From Burkholderiales bacterium (GTDB lineage: Bacteria > Pseudomonadota > Gammaproteobacteria > Burkholderiales > JAEUOS01), in NCBI GenBank assembly GCA_043775255.1, contig JAYVST010000367.1, forward strand, positions 1 through 33,168: a stretch of 33,168 nt of DNA. The letters are read 5' to 3'. This document shows, piece by piece, positions 16,438-25,413 of the stretch (its first letter is position 1; each line of letters starts with the position of its first letter). The notes below the pieces were generated by a model. That model did no database searches. It saw only the letters and a list, made by a program, of their open reading frames with translations, and was not told the origin of the DNA. The translations under genes and the position numbers were made by a program.

Positions 16438-17225
16438 ACATTCTCGGATTCACGCGGACCGACATACGCCCGGCGCTGAATTTCCTTTCCATCAGCATAG
16501 CGGACCGCTATCTGAGCTCTCGTCTGGGCAGGGTCTGGGCGATCCTCAATCCACTGATGATGCTGACGCTCTACACGTTCGTGTTCGGATACGTATTCAA
16601 GGTCCGCCTGCCGGGCGCGGAAACCACGCTCGCATACGCCATATGGCTCATCAGCGGGTACGGCCCGTGGATCGCGATCTCGGAATCTCTCACTACCGCC
16701 GCCTCGTCCGTGGTTTCCGCCTCCGGACTGATCAAGAACGTCGCATTCAAGACCGAAATCTTGCCGTTGGTCGCGGTCCTGACCAGCGGCGTGACGCTTT
16801 CGGTGACCATGGTCTTTCTGGTCGTCCTGATGGCCATCGACGGCAATCCGCCCACATGGCACGCCGTTACCGTACTGCCGGTACTTCTCGTGCAATACCT
16901 TTTCCTTGCCGGACTAGGCTTTTTTCTCGCTGCCCTGACGGTTTTTTATCGCGACGTCCTCCAGGTACTGCCCAACCTCCTGATGATCGCGATGTTCGGC
17001 AGCCCGATCCTCTACCCTATGGAGAGCATGCCACACATGCTGCAGCTGGCCTCCCACGTAAACCCCTTCTACATTCTGGCGGAGGGTTTCCGCAGCGCGC
17101 TGGTCTATCACAAACTGCCGGATATTCCCAGCCTCGCGGCACTTGCCGCGTTCTCATTCCTGCTCGCGATGGCAAGCGTCCGGCTGTTCCGCCGCGCCAA
17201 AGGCCAATTCGGGGCCTACCTGTGA
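16434..17225 (+). CDS. wzm: ABC-2 type polysaccharide exporter permease (Wzm)
   Basis: Internal ATG at 16434 of ORF 16068..17225, in an ATGA overlap with the wzt copy 2 stop. 263 aa. Multiple hydrophobic helices: WAILNPLMMLTLYTFVFGYVF, YAIWLISGYGPWIAI, LPLVAVLTSGVTLSVTMVFLVVLM, FLAGLGFFLAALTVFYRD, LLMIAMFGSPILYP, LAALAAFSFLLAMA. Confidence 0.8.
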   Translation: MNILGFTRTDIRPALNFLSISIADRYLSSRLGRVWAILNPLMMLTLYTFVFGYVFKVRLPGAETTLAYAIWLISGYGPWIAISESLTTAASSVVSASGLIKNVAFKTEILPLVAVLTSGVTLSVTMVFLVVLMAIDGNPPTWHAVTVLPVLLVQYLFLAGLGFFLAALTVFYRDVLQVLPNLLMIAMFGSPILYPMESMPHMLQLASHVNPFYILAEGFRSALVYHKLPDIPSLAALAAFSFLLAMASVRLFRRAKGQFGAYL

Positions 17226-17232
17226 GCCCGCG

Positions 17233-18681
17233 ATGCGTCGCAGCGAATGCACTCCAGCCAACGCTTGCCCGGACGGACCGCGCGCAAGCGCAGCCTCCCG
17301 AGTGCAGTCCCCGTGCCCTTCAATGCGACGTCTACGACGAGCGCCGCGCCGTTCCATCCATTCCGATCTCGATTCTCGCGTGACTTCTGCGCACTCCTCC
17401 TTCTGGTTTAGGACATCGGCCCGGTTCCTGCTCTCGCCACTCGGCAAGCGGCTCGCCCGAATCGTGGTTCGGTTCATCATCGCACCAGCAATCAGCCTGC
17501 GCACCCGTTTTTTCCCGCGCAAGGCAGTGCTGTATGCCGGTCAGATGTACTACAACACCTGGTACTTGTCGCGCGCATTGCGAGCACACGGATGGACCGC
17601 CGATGTGCTCAATTGGGATCTCGATCCGGCAGCTCAAATGCACTACCACGGCGAGGATTACCGCTATGACGCAGGGGACCCGGTCGGTCACCTGTTGTTC
17701 TATTTCGCCGCGATTCTGCGATACGACGTATTTCATTTCTCGAACGCACGAGGTATGACCTTCGGCGGGCCGCTGACAAGCTGGCTTGGCAACTATTTCT
17801 GGAACGAGGCCGAGGTCGATCTCCTGCAGCGCTGCGGCAAGAAGATCGTCTATTCGAACAACGCGTGCCAGGACGGCGCGCTGCAAAGTTCGTTCGCGAA
17901 ATGGGGGCCAGAGTCCGTGTGCGATTCGTGCTCATGGCGCCACCGCCCCGACGTCTGCAGCGACCAGCGCAGCCGCGAATGGGGCGAATTCCGCAACCTG
18001 CATGCGGACTATCAGTGCACGCTGGGGGGTAACAGGGTCGACTACAACGACGACCCGCGCGTACACGAGGTGCCGGAATTCTATTGTCTGGATTCCAGCA
18101 TTTGGCGTCCGGATCTGTCGATCCCGGAAAAGTATCTCTATGCGCATCCCCCGGGCACGATCCGTCTCTATCATGCCGTCGGGAACTTCGACCTGCGCAC
18201 CGACAGCGGCGGAAAGAACGTCAAGAGCACTCACATCTACGCGCCGCTGGTTCGCCAGTTGAAGGCGGAAGGCTATCCGGTCGAAATGGTGTTTTGCTCC
18301 AACGTGCCGAACATCGAGGTCCGTTTCTATCAGGCGCAGGCGGACATCTTTCTCGAAATGCTGACTTATGGCTGGTTCGGCGCCAATGCAAGGGAGGCGA
18401 TGATGCTTGGCAAGCCCGTCATCTGCTTTCTGCGACCCGAATGGCTCGCAACCATGCGCCGCGAAATTCCCGATTACGTCGACGAATTGCCCGTGGTCAA
18501 CGCTACTGCGGCGAACGTACGGGAAGTTCTCGTCGACCTGATCACCGACACCGAGAAACGCCGACGGATCGGCGCGCAAAGCCGCGCGTTCGCCCTCAAG
18601 TGGCACTCGGGCAAGGCGGCCGGGAAGAGATTCGACGCCCTGTATTCCAGACTCTTGGGCCTGGATGTACGCATCGGTTGA
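17233..18681 (+). CDS. Putative GT-B fold glycosyltransferase with internal Cys-rich segment (start uncertain)
   Basis: In ORF 17143..18681. Start candidates are ATG 17233 (7 nt after the wzm stop), ATG 17323 and GTG 17380. The C-terminal region IYAPLVRQLKAEGYPVEMVF...ADIFLEMLTYGWFGANAREAMMLGKPVICF looks like the nucleotide-sugar-binding half of GT1/GT4-type enzymes. The N-terminal half is unassigned. Confidence 0.5.
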   Translation: MRRSECTPANACPDGPRASAASRVQSPCPSMRRLRRAPRRSIHSDLDSRVTSAHSSFWFRTSARFLLSPLGKRLARIVVRFIIAPAISLRTRFFPRKAVLYAGQMYYNTWYLSRALRAHGWTADVLNWDLDPAAQMHYHGEDYRYDAGDPVGHLLFYFAAILRYDVFHFSNARGMTFGGPLTSWLGNYFWNEAEVDLLQRCGKKIVYSNNACQDGALQSSFAKWGPESVCDSCSWRHRPDVCSDQRSREWGEFRNLHADYQCTLGGNRVDYNDDPRVHEVPEFYCLDSSIWRPDLSIPEKYLYAHPPGTIRLYHAVGNFDLRTDSGGKNVKSTHIYAPLVRQLKAEGYPVEMVFCSNVPNIEVRFYQAQADIFLEMLTYGWFGANAREAMMLGKPVICFLRPEWLATMRREIPDYVDELPVVNATAANVREVLVDLITDTEKRRRIGAQSRAFALKWHSGKAAGKRFDALYSRLLGLDVRIG

Positions 18682-18736
18682 CCCGTGTCGCACGGCGGCC
18701 AGACCGATGCCCGGCCTCGAAATACCTGGGAACCCG

Positions 18737-20227
18737 TCACGGGTCGGTTACGATCGTCCGATACAGCTCGGCCAGCCGGCGCTGCTGGGTTGGCCAGCCG
18801 AATGTTGTGCGGATATCACGCAACGTTTCCGCCGATGGCTTGTAACGGCCGGGGTCGGCCAGGATTTTCCGGATCGCAGCAGCAATAGCCACCGGATCGG
18901 TTTCGTCCATCACAACGCCTACGCCATACTTGTCCACGAATCGCTCCAGCTCGATCAGACGCGCCACCGCCACCGGTACGCCGGTGATCGAACTTTCGAG
19001 AAGCTTGTTCGGGAAACAGAAGTAGTAGCTCAGGCAGACATTCTGTATCGCAATCACGCTGCAGTCCGCGACCGCCACGAAACGCGCCACTTGCCGCGAC
19101 GGCACCGGATCGACCAGATGCACCCGGTCGGCGATATTCAGCGCTTTCGCGGTGTCCCTGATTTCCTGTTCCGTCACCGAATAGCGCGGTCCGACGAATG
19201 CGAAGTGCAGGCCGGGGACCTGGGCGGTGGCCTTGACGCATTGAACCAGGCCCCTGTCGATGGTCACGGAACCGACATACACGGCCAGTGAAGTCGCTGG
19301 GGCAAGCTTGAGCGCATCACGCAAGTTCATGGCCGGAACGGCGTCTGCCGACTCGATATCCAGGTCAGGAGAATTGAGCACCACGATCGGCCTTGGAATC
19401 GAATAGTTATCCCTCAACCAGTCCGCGATGCTGTCGCACACGGTGATCACTGCCCGGGTCCTGCGAATCAGGACGCGTTCATAAATCTCGATCCACTTTC
19501 TGGTTTCGTCCTTCAGGCCCCAGTAGTTGGTGTGCGTTTCCAGTTCGTGCGCATCGTAGATGAGATTGCAACCGCGCCGCTTCGCTATGGCGAACCCGCT
19601 GGAGAGCGTCACGAGGTCGTGGGCGTGGACGACATCCGGACGCAGCGACAGGGCCAGGGCTATGCTGTTGGTTCCGAAGTCGTTCAGGTACAGCAAGTAC
19701 TCTCGGTTGAGAATGCCGTGGATTCGCCCGATCAGCGCGGCATAGGTATTGCGGCCGGCCTGGGCAGTGGCGCGCACGGCGCTGATGCCGGTGCCGGGCG
19801 TGAACCTCGCGATGGATTTCCGGATCTTTTCATTCCGATACCAATGGCGGGCCAGAAGAAGAACGAGAACCGCGGGAACCAGCAGCGGCGCGAGTGCAAT
19901 CATCACCAAGCCTGTCACCATCAGCTTCAGCACCGCGCCCACCACCTCGAACACGACGGCACGCTGCTCCTTCATCCCGGCGCCCGCACCGATCACGCCG
20001 GCGTGAAGACGAATCATCAGCAGAAATCGGGCGAAGAATGCGCCGCGATGCGCCGAAGGAACGGAATGGAAAGTCACGCCCTGGCTTTCCACCTGGCAAT
20101 AGGCCGGCACGTCGGACCGCGAAATCACGTGCACCTCATATCCGTCGGCCGCCACGCTTCCCGCTTCACGCGTCACCCTGGAATCGATCTTCCAGTCGTT
20201 GTTGACGAGCATCACCACGCGCTTCAT
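18737..20227 (-). CDS. GT4-family glycosyltransferase with hydrophobic insertion in the N-terminal domain
   Basis: ORF 18737..20263. I prefer the ATG at 20227 (MKRVVMLVNND), 4 nt after the stop of the upstream AsnB gene. Motifs: DVVHAHDL, YDAHELETH, AVYVGSVTIDRG, and C-terminal FPNKLLESSITGVPVAV (EX7E-like region). Confidence 0.75.
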   Translation of the reverse strand: MKRVVMLVNNDWKIDSRVTREAGSVAADGYEVHVISRSDVPAYCQVESQGVTFHSVPSAHRGAFFARFLLMIRLHAGVIGAGAGMKEQRAVVFEVVGAVLKLMVTGLVMIALAPLLVPAVLVLLLARHWYRNEKIRKSIARFTPGTGISAVRATAQAGRNTYAALIGRIHGILNREYLLYLNDFGTNSIALALSLRPDVVHAHDLVTLSSGFAIAKRRGCNLIYDAHELETHTNYWGLKDETRKWIEIYERVLIRRTRAVITVCDSIADWLRDNYSIPRPIVVLNSPDLDIESADAVPAMNLRDALKLAPATSLAVYVGSVTIDRGLVQCVKATAQVPGLHFAFVGPRYSVTEQEIRDTAKALNIADRVHLVDPVPSRQVARFVAVADCSVIAIQNVCLSYYFCFPNKLLESSITGVPVAVARLIELERFVDKYGVGVVMDETDPVAIAAAIRKILADPGRYKPSAETLRDIRTTFGWPTQQRRLAELYRTIVTDP

Positions 20228-20231
20228 GGCT

Positions 20232-22121
20232 TCAGAGTCCGTTGCGCCAGACATCGGCATCATGCATCGCCAGCCACTCGCTCAGGCTGATCCAGCGCCA
20301 TAGTGCCCAGGACGCATTCTCGTGGCCGCCCTGGTGCCGCTCCCATATCGCCCGGATGCCGGCCTGGCTGAACTTCGCCACCCGCTCCAGCCTGCCGCCG
20401 AACAGCTGCTCGGAGGCCCATTCCTTGAGCGGCCCGCGCAGCCATATGTCCAAAGGCGCCGCGTAGCCGACCTTGTCAGCCCGCCATTGCACCGCTGTTG
20501 GAAGCAGCCGTTCGCCGGCCAGCCGCAATACATATTTCTGCCATCCCTGGTCGATCAGCGCGCTGTCGGGCAAGCCGATGCACCAGTCGACCAGGTCGTA
20601 GTCGAGGAACGGAAGCCGCGTCTCGCGTCCGAACGCCATCGAGTTGCGATCCGCATAGCGCAACAGCATCGGGAGCGAGTTGTATTGCAGGGACTCCGCG
20701 AGCACCCGGCGCAGGCGGTGTCCCTTTTGCGGTGCGGGAACTCCCACCGCATAGGGACCGGCATAGACGCTCTGGGGGCGAACAACGGTCCGCAGTGCCT
20801 GCGAAACCGACAAAGCGATGGCGTGATTGAAGCGCCTCCGGCTGTCCTTGTAGCGTCCGCTCGCGTGCCGCAGGCGGCTGGCGAATAGGCGCGTCTCGCG
20901 GATCAGCTTGAAGATGCGAAAGCGATCGGCGAGGTCGAGCTGGTAGGTCGGAAAGTAGTACTGATATCCCGCCAGCAATTCGTCGGCCCCTTGCCCGTCG
21001 AGCAAAACCGTGGTGTCGTTCTCCCGCGCCAGCCGCGCCACGCACCATTGCAGATAGATCGAGGCCGAAAGAAACGGCTCCTCCTGGTGCCAGTGGAGTT
21101 TCCGAGATTCCTCCATCAAGAGCTGCGGCGAGGGATGCACCGCGTGCGGCGTCACCCCGGTCTTGGCGACCACCATGTCGATGAAATCGCCTTCCGAAAG
21201 CGTCGGATCGTCATCGAAGCGCGCCGAGAAAGTGTTCTGCCTGAACTGGGTACCCGCGGTGCGCATGTCCGCAAGCAGACAGACGATCAGAGACGAATCA
21301 AGCCCGCCCGACAGGCTGGTCCCGATCGGCACATCGGCGCGCAGGCGCTTGCGAATGCTTTCGCGCATGAGATCCTGAAAACGCGCAGCTGTCTCACCCA
21401 TCGGTACAGCCTCGCGCACTTGCGTGTAGTCCGGCGTCCAGTAGCGCCGACGCCCGAGCACCTTGCCGTCGAGATCGAAGCGCATGGCCGTCGCCGGCGG
21501 GAAGCGCGAGACACCGGCGAACATGGTTTGCTCGACGTCTTCGTGATACCTGCCGTCGCAATACGAATCGAGCGTGCGCTCGTCGACACGCGGAACGATG
21601 TCCGGATGCACAAACAGCGCCTTCATTTCGGAGGCGAACGCCACGCCGCCGCTCTTGAGCGGAGCATGGAACAGCGGCTTCTCGCCGAAGCGGTCGCGCG
21701 CAACGAACAACTCGCCGCGCGCCTCGTCCAGGATGACGAAGGCGAACATCCCATTGAGCCGCTCGACGCTTCCCTCACCCCAGCGCTGATAGGCCGCGAG
21801 CAACACCTCGGTATCGCTTTCGGTACGGAACTCGAAGCCGTCCCGCCTGAGTTCATCGCGGAGTTCGACGTAGTTGTAGATCTCGCCGTTGAAGACGATG
21901 GTCAGCCTGCCATTCGCGGTGTGCATCGGCTGCCCGGCCGAATCGCTGAGATCGACGACGGACAGGCGCCGGTGCGCAAGCGCGACGACGTTCCCGCCGG
22001 CGTGCCTGACCACGAGTCCCGCGCCGTCCGGTCCGCGATGTGCCAGCCTTTCCCGCATCGCTGCCACAAGATCCTCGCTGATCGCGCCTTTCGGTGCAAT
22101 CACCGTCACCAATCCGCACAT
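20232..22121 (-). CDS. Asparagine synthase-like glutamine amidotransferase (AsnB family), copy 2
   Basis: The ORF starts MAMCGL. I take the ATG at 22121 so that Cys is residue 2, as Ntn amidotransferases require. Motifs: HRGPDG, HRRLSVVDLS..GQPM, FNGEIYNY, SDTEV, PP-loop SLSGGLDSS, NSMAFGRETRLPFLD. Confidence 0.85.
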   Translation of the reverse strand: MCGLVTVIAPKGAISEDLVAAMRERLAHRGPDGAGLVVRHAGGNVVALAHRRLSVVDLSDSAGQPMHTANGRLTIVFNGEIYNYVELRDELRRDGFEFRTESDTEVLLAAYQRWGEGSVERLNGMFAFVILDEARGELFVARDRFGEKPLFHAPLKSGGVAFASEMKALFVHPDIVPRVDERTLDSYCDGRYHEDVEQTMFAGVSRFPPATAMRFDLDGKVLGRRRYWTPDYTQVREAVPMGETAARFQDLMRESIRKRLRADVPIGTSLSGGLDSSLIVCLLADMRTAGTQFRQNTFSARFDDDPTLSEGDFIDMVVAKTGVTPHAVHPSPQLLMEESRKLHWHQEEPFLSASIYLQWCVARLARENDTTVLLDGQGADELLAGYQYYFPTYQLDLADRFRIFKLIRETRLFASRLRHASGRYKDSRRRFNHAIALSVSQALRTVVRPQSVYAGPYAVGVPAPQKGHRLRRVLAESLQYNSLPMLLRYADRNSMAFGRETRLPFLDYDLVDWCIGLPDSALIDQGWQKYVLRLAGERLLPTAVQWRADKVGYAAPLDIWLRGPLKEWASEQLFGGRLERVAKFSQAGIRAIWERHQGGHENASWALWRWISLSEWLAMHDADVWRNGL

Positions 22122-22144
22122 TGCCATCCCCGAAAGTTGTCGTG

Positions 22145-23527
22145 TTATCCGTGCCTGGGCGGCTGCACGGGAAAGTCAAGATTCCTGATGTCCGCGCGGA
22201 TACCCGCCAGCCTTAGACGCGCCGGTACCGGCCGGTAACAGCGCCACCACGGCGACTGGATGCGCAGGATCGCAACCTCGCGCTCAAGCCGCGACTGTTC
22301 CGAATACAAGAAATCTAGTCGCCGGCATGCATATCCGTGTAGCTCCGTCATTCGATGGAAACGGTCGCCCGACGCCAACTGCTCCCCCTCGCGCAGCCCG
22401 CGCGACGCTCGAATCTTCGCAATCTTTCCGAATACTTCAGCGACCCGCTGGCTGTACCGGTATCGGGGCGAGACAATCAGGGTCTCGAAGCAGGCGTCCG
22501 CGATCGCCTGGGCTGCACGCGGATCGCGCACCACCCCGAGCACATCGCGCAGATTCGAGAAGTCGCGCTTCAACTCGACATAGTGCTCCCCGGCGCGGAT
22601 TTCCGGCAGATACACGCCTTCAATGAGGATCTGGCAGGCCCCGAACACCGCCGCCTCGAACAATCGCGGCGAGACCGAATTGAACAAATAGCGGTTGTCC
22701 AGCCCGGAAAACGCATGCGCCTCGATCTCGTCGAAAGTCGCCGCCGGATGCGCCGCCACGTACGCCTCGACCGCATCGCGAACGTCGCCGAACTCATCGA
22801 GCAGGCTGCTGCCGCTTTCACAACCCAGCGAGCACTTCGATTCGAGCAGGAAGCGCGTCCAGGCCTCGCCAATCAGGACGTCCGCGGCATCACACGATAT
22901 GTCCAGGTTCAAGCCGGAGCCCAATGCGCGGTCAACGAACAGGCGCCCGATTTCCGCCTTCATGCGGCCGAATTTTCCATAATATGCAGGCAGGTCGCGC
23001 GCACGATATCCGACGTCGATCGGCCGCGAGGTGATCGGTGGGCGCCCCGTTGCTTGCATATGATCGGCGAATACGTCATCGACATATCCGGTCAACGCTA
23101 TGCCGATGCGATCCGGGCCGGCAGACATGAGCGGATACAGCACCTCGTGATGGTCCCTGCAGACCGAATACACGTAGTCGACCCGCAGTTCGCTGAGCCA
23201 AGCATCGAGAATCCGCGAATGGTCGTAGTCGTCCTGCGGAAATGCGATCTTCACGGCCGGATGGCTTCCCAGCCACGCATAGGCTTCCCGCAACTGATCG
23301 AGCAGAAAGCGTGGCCGCACCCAGCGCCAGCAGAGAAAGGTGCCGTCGATCAATATCACATCGAAAGGGAAATCGCGCAGAGCGCGCGAAACCGGTTTGC
23401 GAACATCCTGCAGGTAGTAGTTGTGCTCGCTGCGGTGGCGCTGGAAACTGAGCAAATGAATGATGCTGGTGCCGCGCGCTCGCTCCAGGAAATCCTCTCC
23501 CAGCCCATGAAGAACAAGAATGTTCAT
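22145..23527 (-). CDS. CgeB-like (Glyco_trans_1_2-type C-terminal domain) protein of unknown function, paralog A
   Basis: ORF 22145..23536 opens with GTG. The ATG at 23527 gives MNILVLHG, which aligns with the N-termini of the paralogs. Blocks shared with paralogs B and C: FDVILID, FPQDDY, LTGYV, IDVGYRAR, LDISCD, GCESGSS, SPRLFEAA...GEHYVELK. Confidence 0.65.
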   Translation of the reverse strand: MNILVLHGLGEDFLERARGTSIIHLLSFQRHRSEHNYYLQDVRKPVSRALRDFPFDVILIDGTFLCWRWVRPRFLLDQLREAYAWLGSHPAVKIAFPQDDYDHSRILDAWLSELRVDYVYSVCRDHHEVLYPLMSAGPDRIGIALTGYVDDVFADHMQATGRPPITSRPIDVGYRARDLPAYYGKFGRMKAEIGRLFVDRALGSGLNLDISCDAADVLIGEAWTRFLLESKCSLGCESGSSLLDEFGDVRDAVEAYVAAHPAATFDEIEAHAFSGLDNRYLFNSVSPRLFEAAVFGACQILIEGVYLPEIRAGEHYVELKRDFSNLRDVLGVVRDPRAAQAIADACFETLIVSPRYRYSQRVAEVFGKIAKIRASRGLREGEQLASGDRFHRMTELHGYACRRLDFLYSEQSRLEREVAILRIQSPWWRCYRPVPARLRLAGIRADIRNLDFPVQPPRHG

Positions 23528-23766
23528 ATGCCGCACGCATGCGGTCGACGCATGGACGTCATTCGCCCATCAGTCGCCACGACAGGCAATATCGAAACGC
23601 GATCACGCCATCATCGATGCGAGGCTGTCGAGTCATGAGAGGAATGCTTCTACCTTGCTCCGGTTCGCGCGGGATCACGCGACGCGGGTTGCGGCCGCTG
23701 ACCTGCGCCGCCCGGTATTCGGCCCTGCGCTTGCTCGGCCACACTAAAAAAGATGATTTTACACGC

Positions 23767-23779
23767 AAGCAAATTGCTT
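23767..23779. promoter_or_regulatory. 13-bp palindrome AAGCAA-A-TTGCTT (candidate operator)
   Basis: Perfect 6-bp arms around one central base, about 50 bp upstream of the TATAAT. A second, GC-rich palindrome (CGCGTACGCG, 23798-23807) lies between them. Confidence 0.2.
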
Positions 23780-23826
23780 ATGCCCGGACAGCGTGCCCGC
23801 GTACGCGTCGCACCCGGCTGCCGCTA

Positions 23827-23832
23827 TATAAT
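23827..23832 (+). promoter_or_regulatory. Candidate -10 hexamer TATAAT in the divergent control region
   Basis: A perfect TATAAT within the only AT-rich island (about 23741-23835) of the 641-bp region between the divergent blocks. There is no convincing -35. The orientation and the long (~335 nt) leader are uncertain. Confidence 0.2.
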
Positions 23833-24168
23833 TCGCCCGCATCAGTCCGATGCGATGCAATGCAGCACAGGCACGGGTCCGCCCCATGCTTGCGAGGCCC
23901 CAGAGGGCTTGCACCCGGCTACTCGTCGCGCCGCCCGGTTCGCGGAAACGCCGGCGCTTCTAAACGCCTCGCCCACAAGAGTTTTACGAAGGTTCCCGTC
24001 GATTCCCATGCGCCAACGGCTAGGATCCCACGCGCCAAGCCCCTCTTGTCCGCAGCTTACCGATGGATGTCCAAGCCAGGGAAGCTGCCGGGCCGTGGAG
24101 CCGGGTTGACCGCCCATCCTGCAGGCGTTTGCGGGCCTGGCGACCTGCGCAGCCGTTTCGACGGCGTC

Positions 24169-25413
24169 ATGATGTTGACGTGGTCGGATTGGGCGACCGA
24201 AAGCCGCAGCAACCGGTATCACTACGCGGTGCGATTCGCCCGGCATGTGCCGGTCCTGTTCGTTCAGCCCGACGCTGCGGCCGGTGCGCCGACGACCTCG
24301 GCGCCGAGCGGCGTCCCAGGCATCACCATTGTTCACGCGCCTTCGCAATCGGATGGCGCGCGCGCCGACGCTATCGCCCAATGCGCCGTGGCGGCGGGTT
24401 GCACGAGGCCACTGCTATGGATATACAACCCGAACTTTCCCGACGTTCAGGCCCGCTACCCGCTTGCCCTGGCGATCTTCCACGCCACCGAGGACTATTT
24501 CTCGCTCGAGCACTACAGAATCGCCGGGACCGCATTGGCGAGTGCGGCGCAGCACCGCGAAATACTCGCACTGCAGATGCGCTTCTTGCGCATGCTTTCG
24601 ATTGCCGACGCGATCGTCGCGGTCACCGAAGGTGTCGCGCAAAGCTATCGCGAGCAGGGCGGGTTTGCAGGTCCCGCCATCGTCCTGGCCAATGGGTGTG
24701 ATTTCGCCTTCTGGTCAGAATCTCCAACCGAAGCCCGCTTTCGAGGCGCACGGATTGTCGCCTATCACGGCGGCATCAATGCGCGCCTGGACGATGCATT
24801 GATACTCGGTGTCACCAATCGCTTGCCGGATTGGGAATTCCGTTTTTATGGCCCCGTCGATCCGGCATTCAAGGCATGGGAGACGATCGTCGCCCGGCCC
24901 AACGTTCGCTACCTCGGCATCCTTCGCCCGGAAGAATTGCGCGTCGCCCTGCGCGAGGCCGCGGTCGGTTTCATGCCCTACCTGCCGACCCGCCTGCACG
25001 TCGAGCGCGCACTGCCGCTGAAGGCCTTCGAGTATTGCGCCATGGGCATTCCGGTGGCGACCATTGCAATGCGCAACTTGCCGGAGGACAACCTGGCATT
25101 TGGCATCGCGGGCGACGCCGCGGGCTTTGCCCGCAATATCGTGGAGCTCGGTGCACTGCGCGAAGACCCTGCGGGGCTCGCGGCCCGCCACGGGCTCGCC
25201 CGACGCTTCGACTTCGAGGAAAATTTCAGGCGCCTGCTGCAGTACCTGCCGTCCCTGGACCGGGCAGACCGGCGACGGCGTCTGGCGAACCTGCGCGCCC
25301 GGGTTTTCTGCCGACTGCGCTTGGCGCTTGCATTTTGCGTGCACGCCCTCGCGAAGTCGGCTGCGGTCGCTGCCGGATTTGCCCGCCGCGCATCCAGCGG
25401 GGACCCGCCGTGA
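24169..25413 (+). CDS. Putative GT-B glycosyltransferase (group 1 / TuaH-like)
   Basis: Internal ATG at 24169 of ORF 23539..25413; an alternative ATG lies at 24067. Evidence: the N-terminal W..W...SNRYHYAVRFARHVPVLFVQP pattern, YHGGINARLD, RFYGP, YLGILRPEEL, and C-terminal PLKAFEYCAMGIPV. The sequence upstream of 24067 is Arg/Pro-rich and not protein-like. Confidence 0.55.
   Translation: MMLTWSDWATESRSNRYHYAVRFARHVPVLFVQPDAAAGAPTTSAPSGVPGITIVHAPSQSDGARADAIAQCAVAAGCTRPLLWIYNPNFPDVQARYPLALAIFHATEDYFSLEHYRIAGTALASAAQHREILALQMRFLRMLSIADAIVAVTEGVAQSYREQGGFAGPAIVLANGCDFAFWSESPTEARFRGARIVAYHGGINARLDDALILGVTNRLPDWEFRFYGPVDPAFKAWETIVARPNVRYLGILRPEELRVALREAAVGFMPYLPTRLHVERALPLKAFEYCAMGIPVATIAMRNLPEDNLAFGIAGDAAGFARNIVELGALREDPAGLAARHGLARRFDFEENFRRLLQYLPSLDRADRRRRLANLRARVFCRLRLALAFCVHALAKSAAVAAGFARRASSGDPP

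Noticed and set aside
18682-18744. Possible bidirectional terminator at the convergent junction: small hairpins CCGTG-tcg-CACGG (18683-18695) and ACCCG-tca-CGGGT (18732-18744).
   Set aside because: The stems are only 5 bp, there are no flanking T/A tracts, and the second hairpin overlaps the GT4 stop codon. This is not convincing as an intrinsic terminator. Termination may be Rho-dependent.
20991-23638. Plus-strand ORFs 20991..22238 (415 aa) and 22355..23638 (427 aa).
   Set aside because: They are antisense to the AsnB copy 2 and CgeB-like paralog A genes, both of which have strong paralog and motif support. The plus-strand translations are Arg-rich and carry no motifs.
23539-24168. The 5' 210 codons of ORF 23539..25413, which would make a 624-aa protein.
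   Set aside because: The translation (RSTHGRHSPISRHDRQYRN...RRTRLPLYNSPASVRCD...) is Arg/Pro/Ser-rich and unlike a protein domain. The glycosyltransferase-like sequence begins only near MMLTWSDW (24169). I treat the region as non-coding control DNA.
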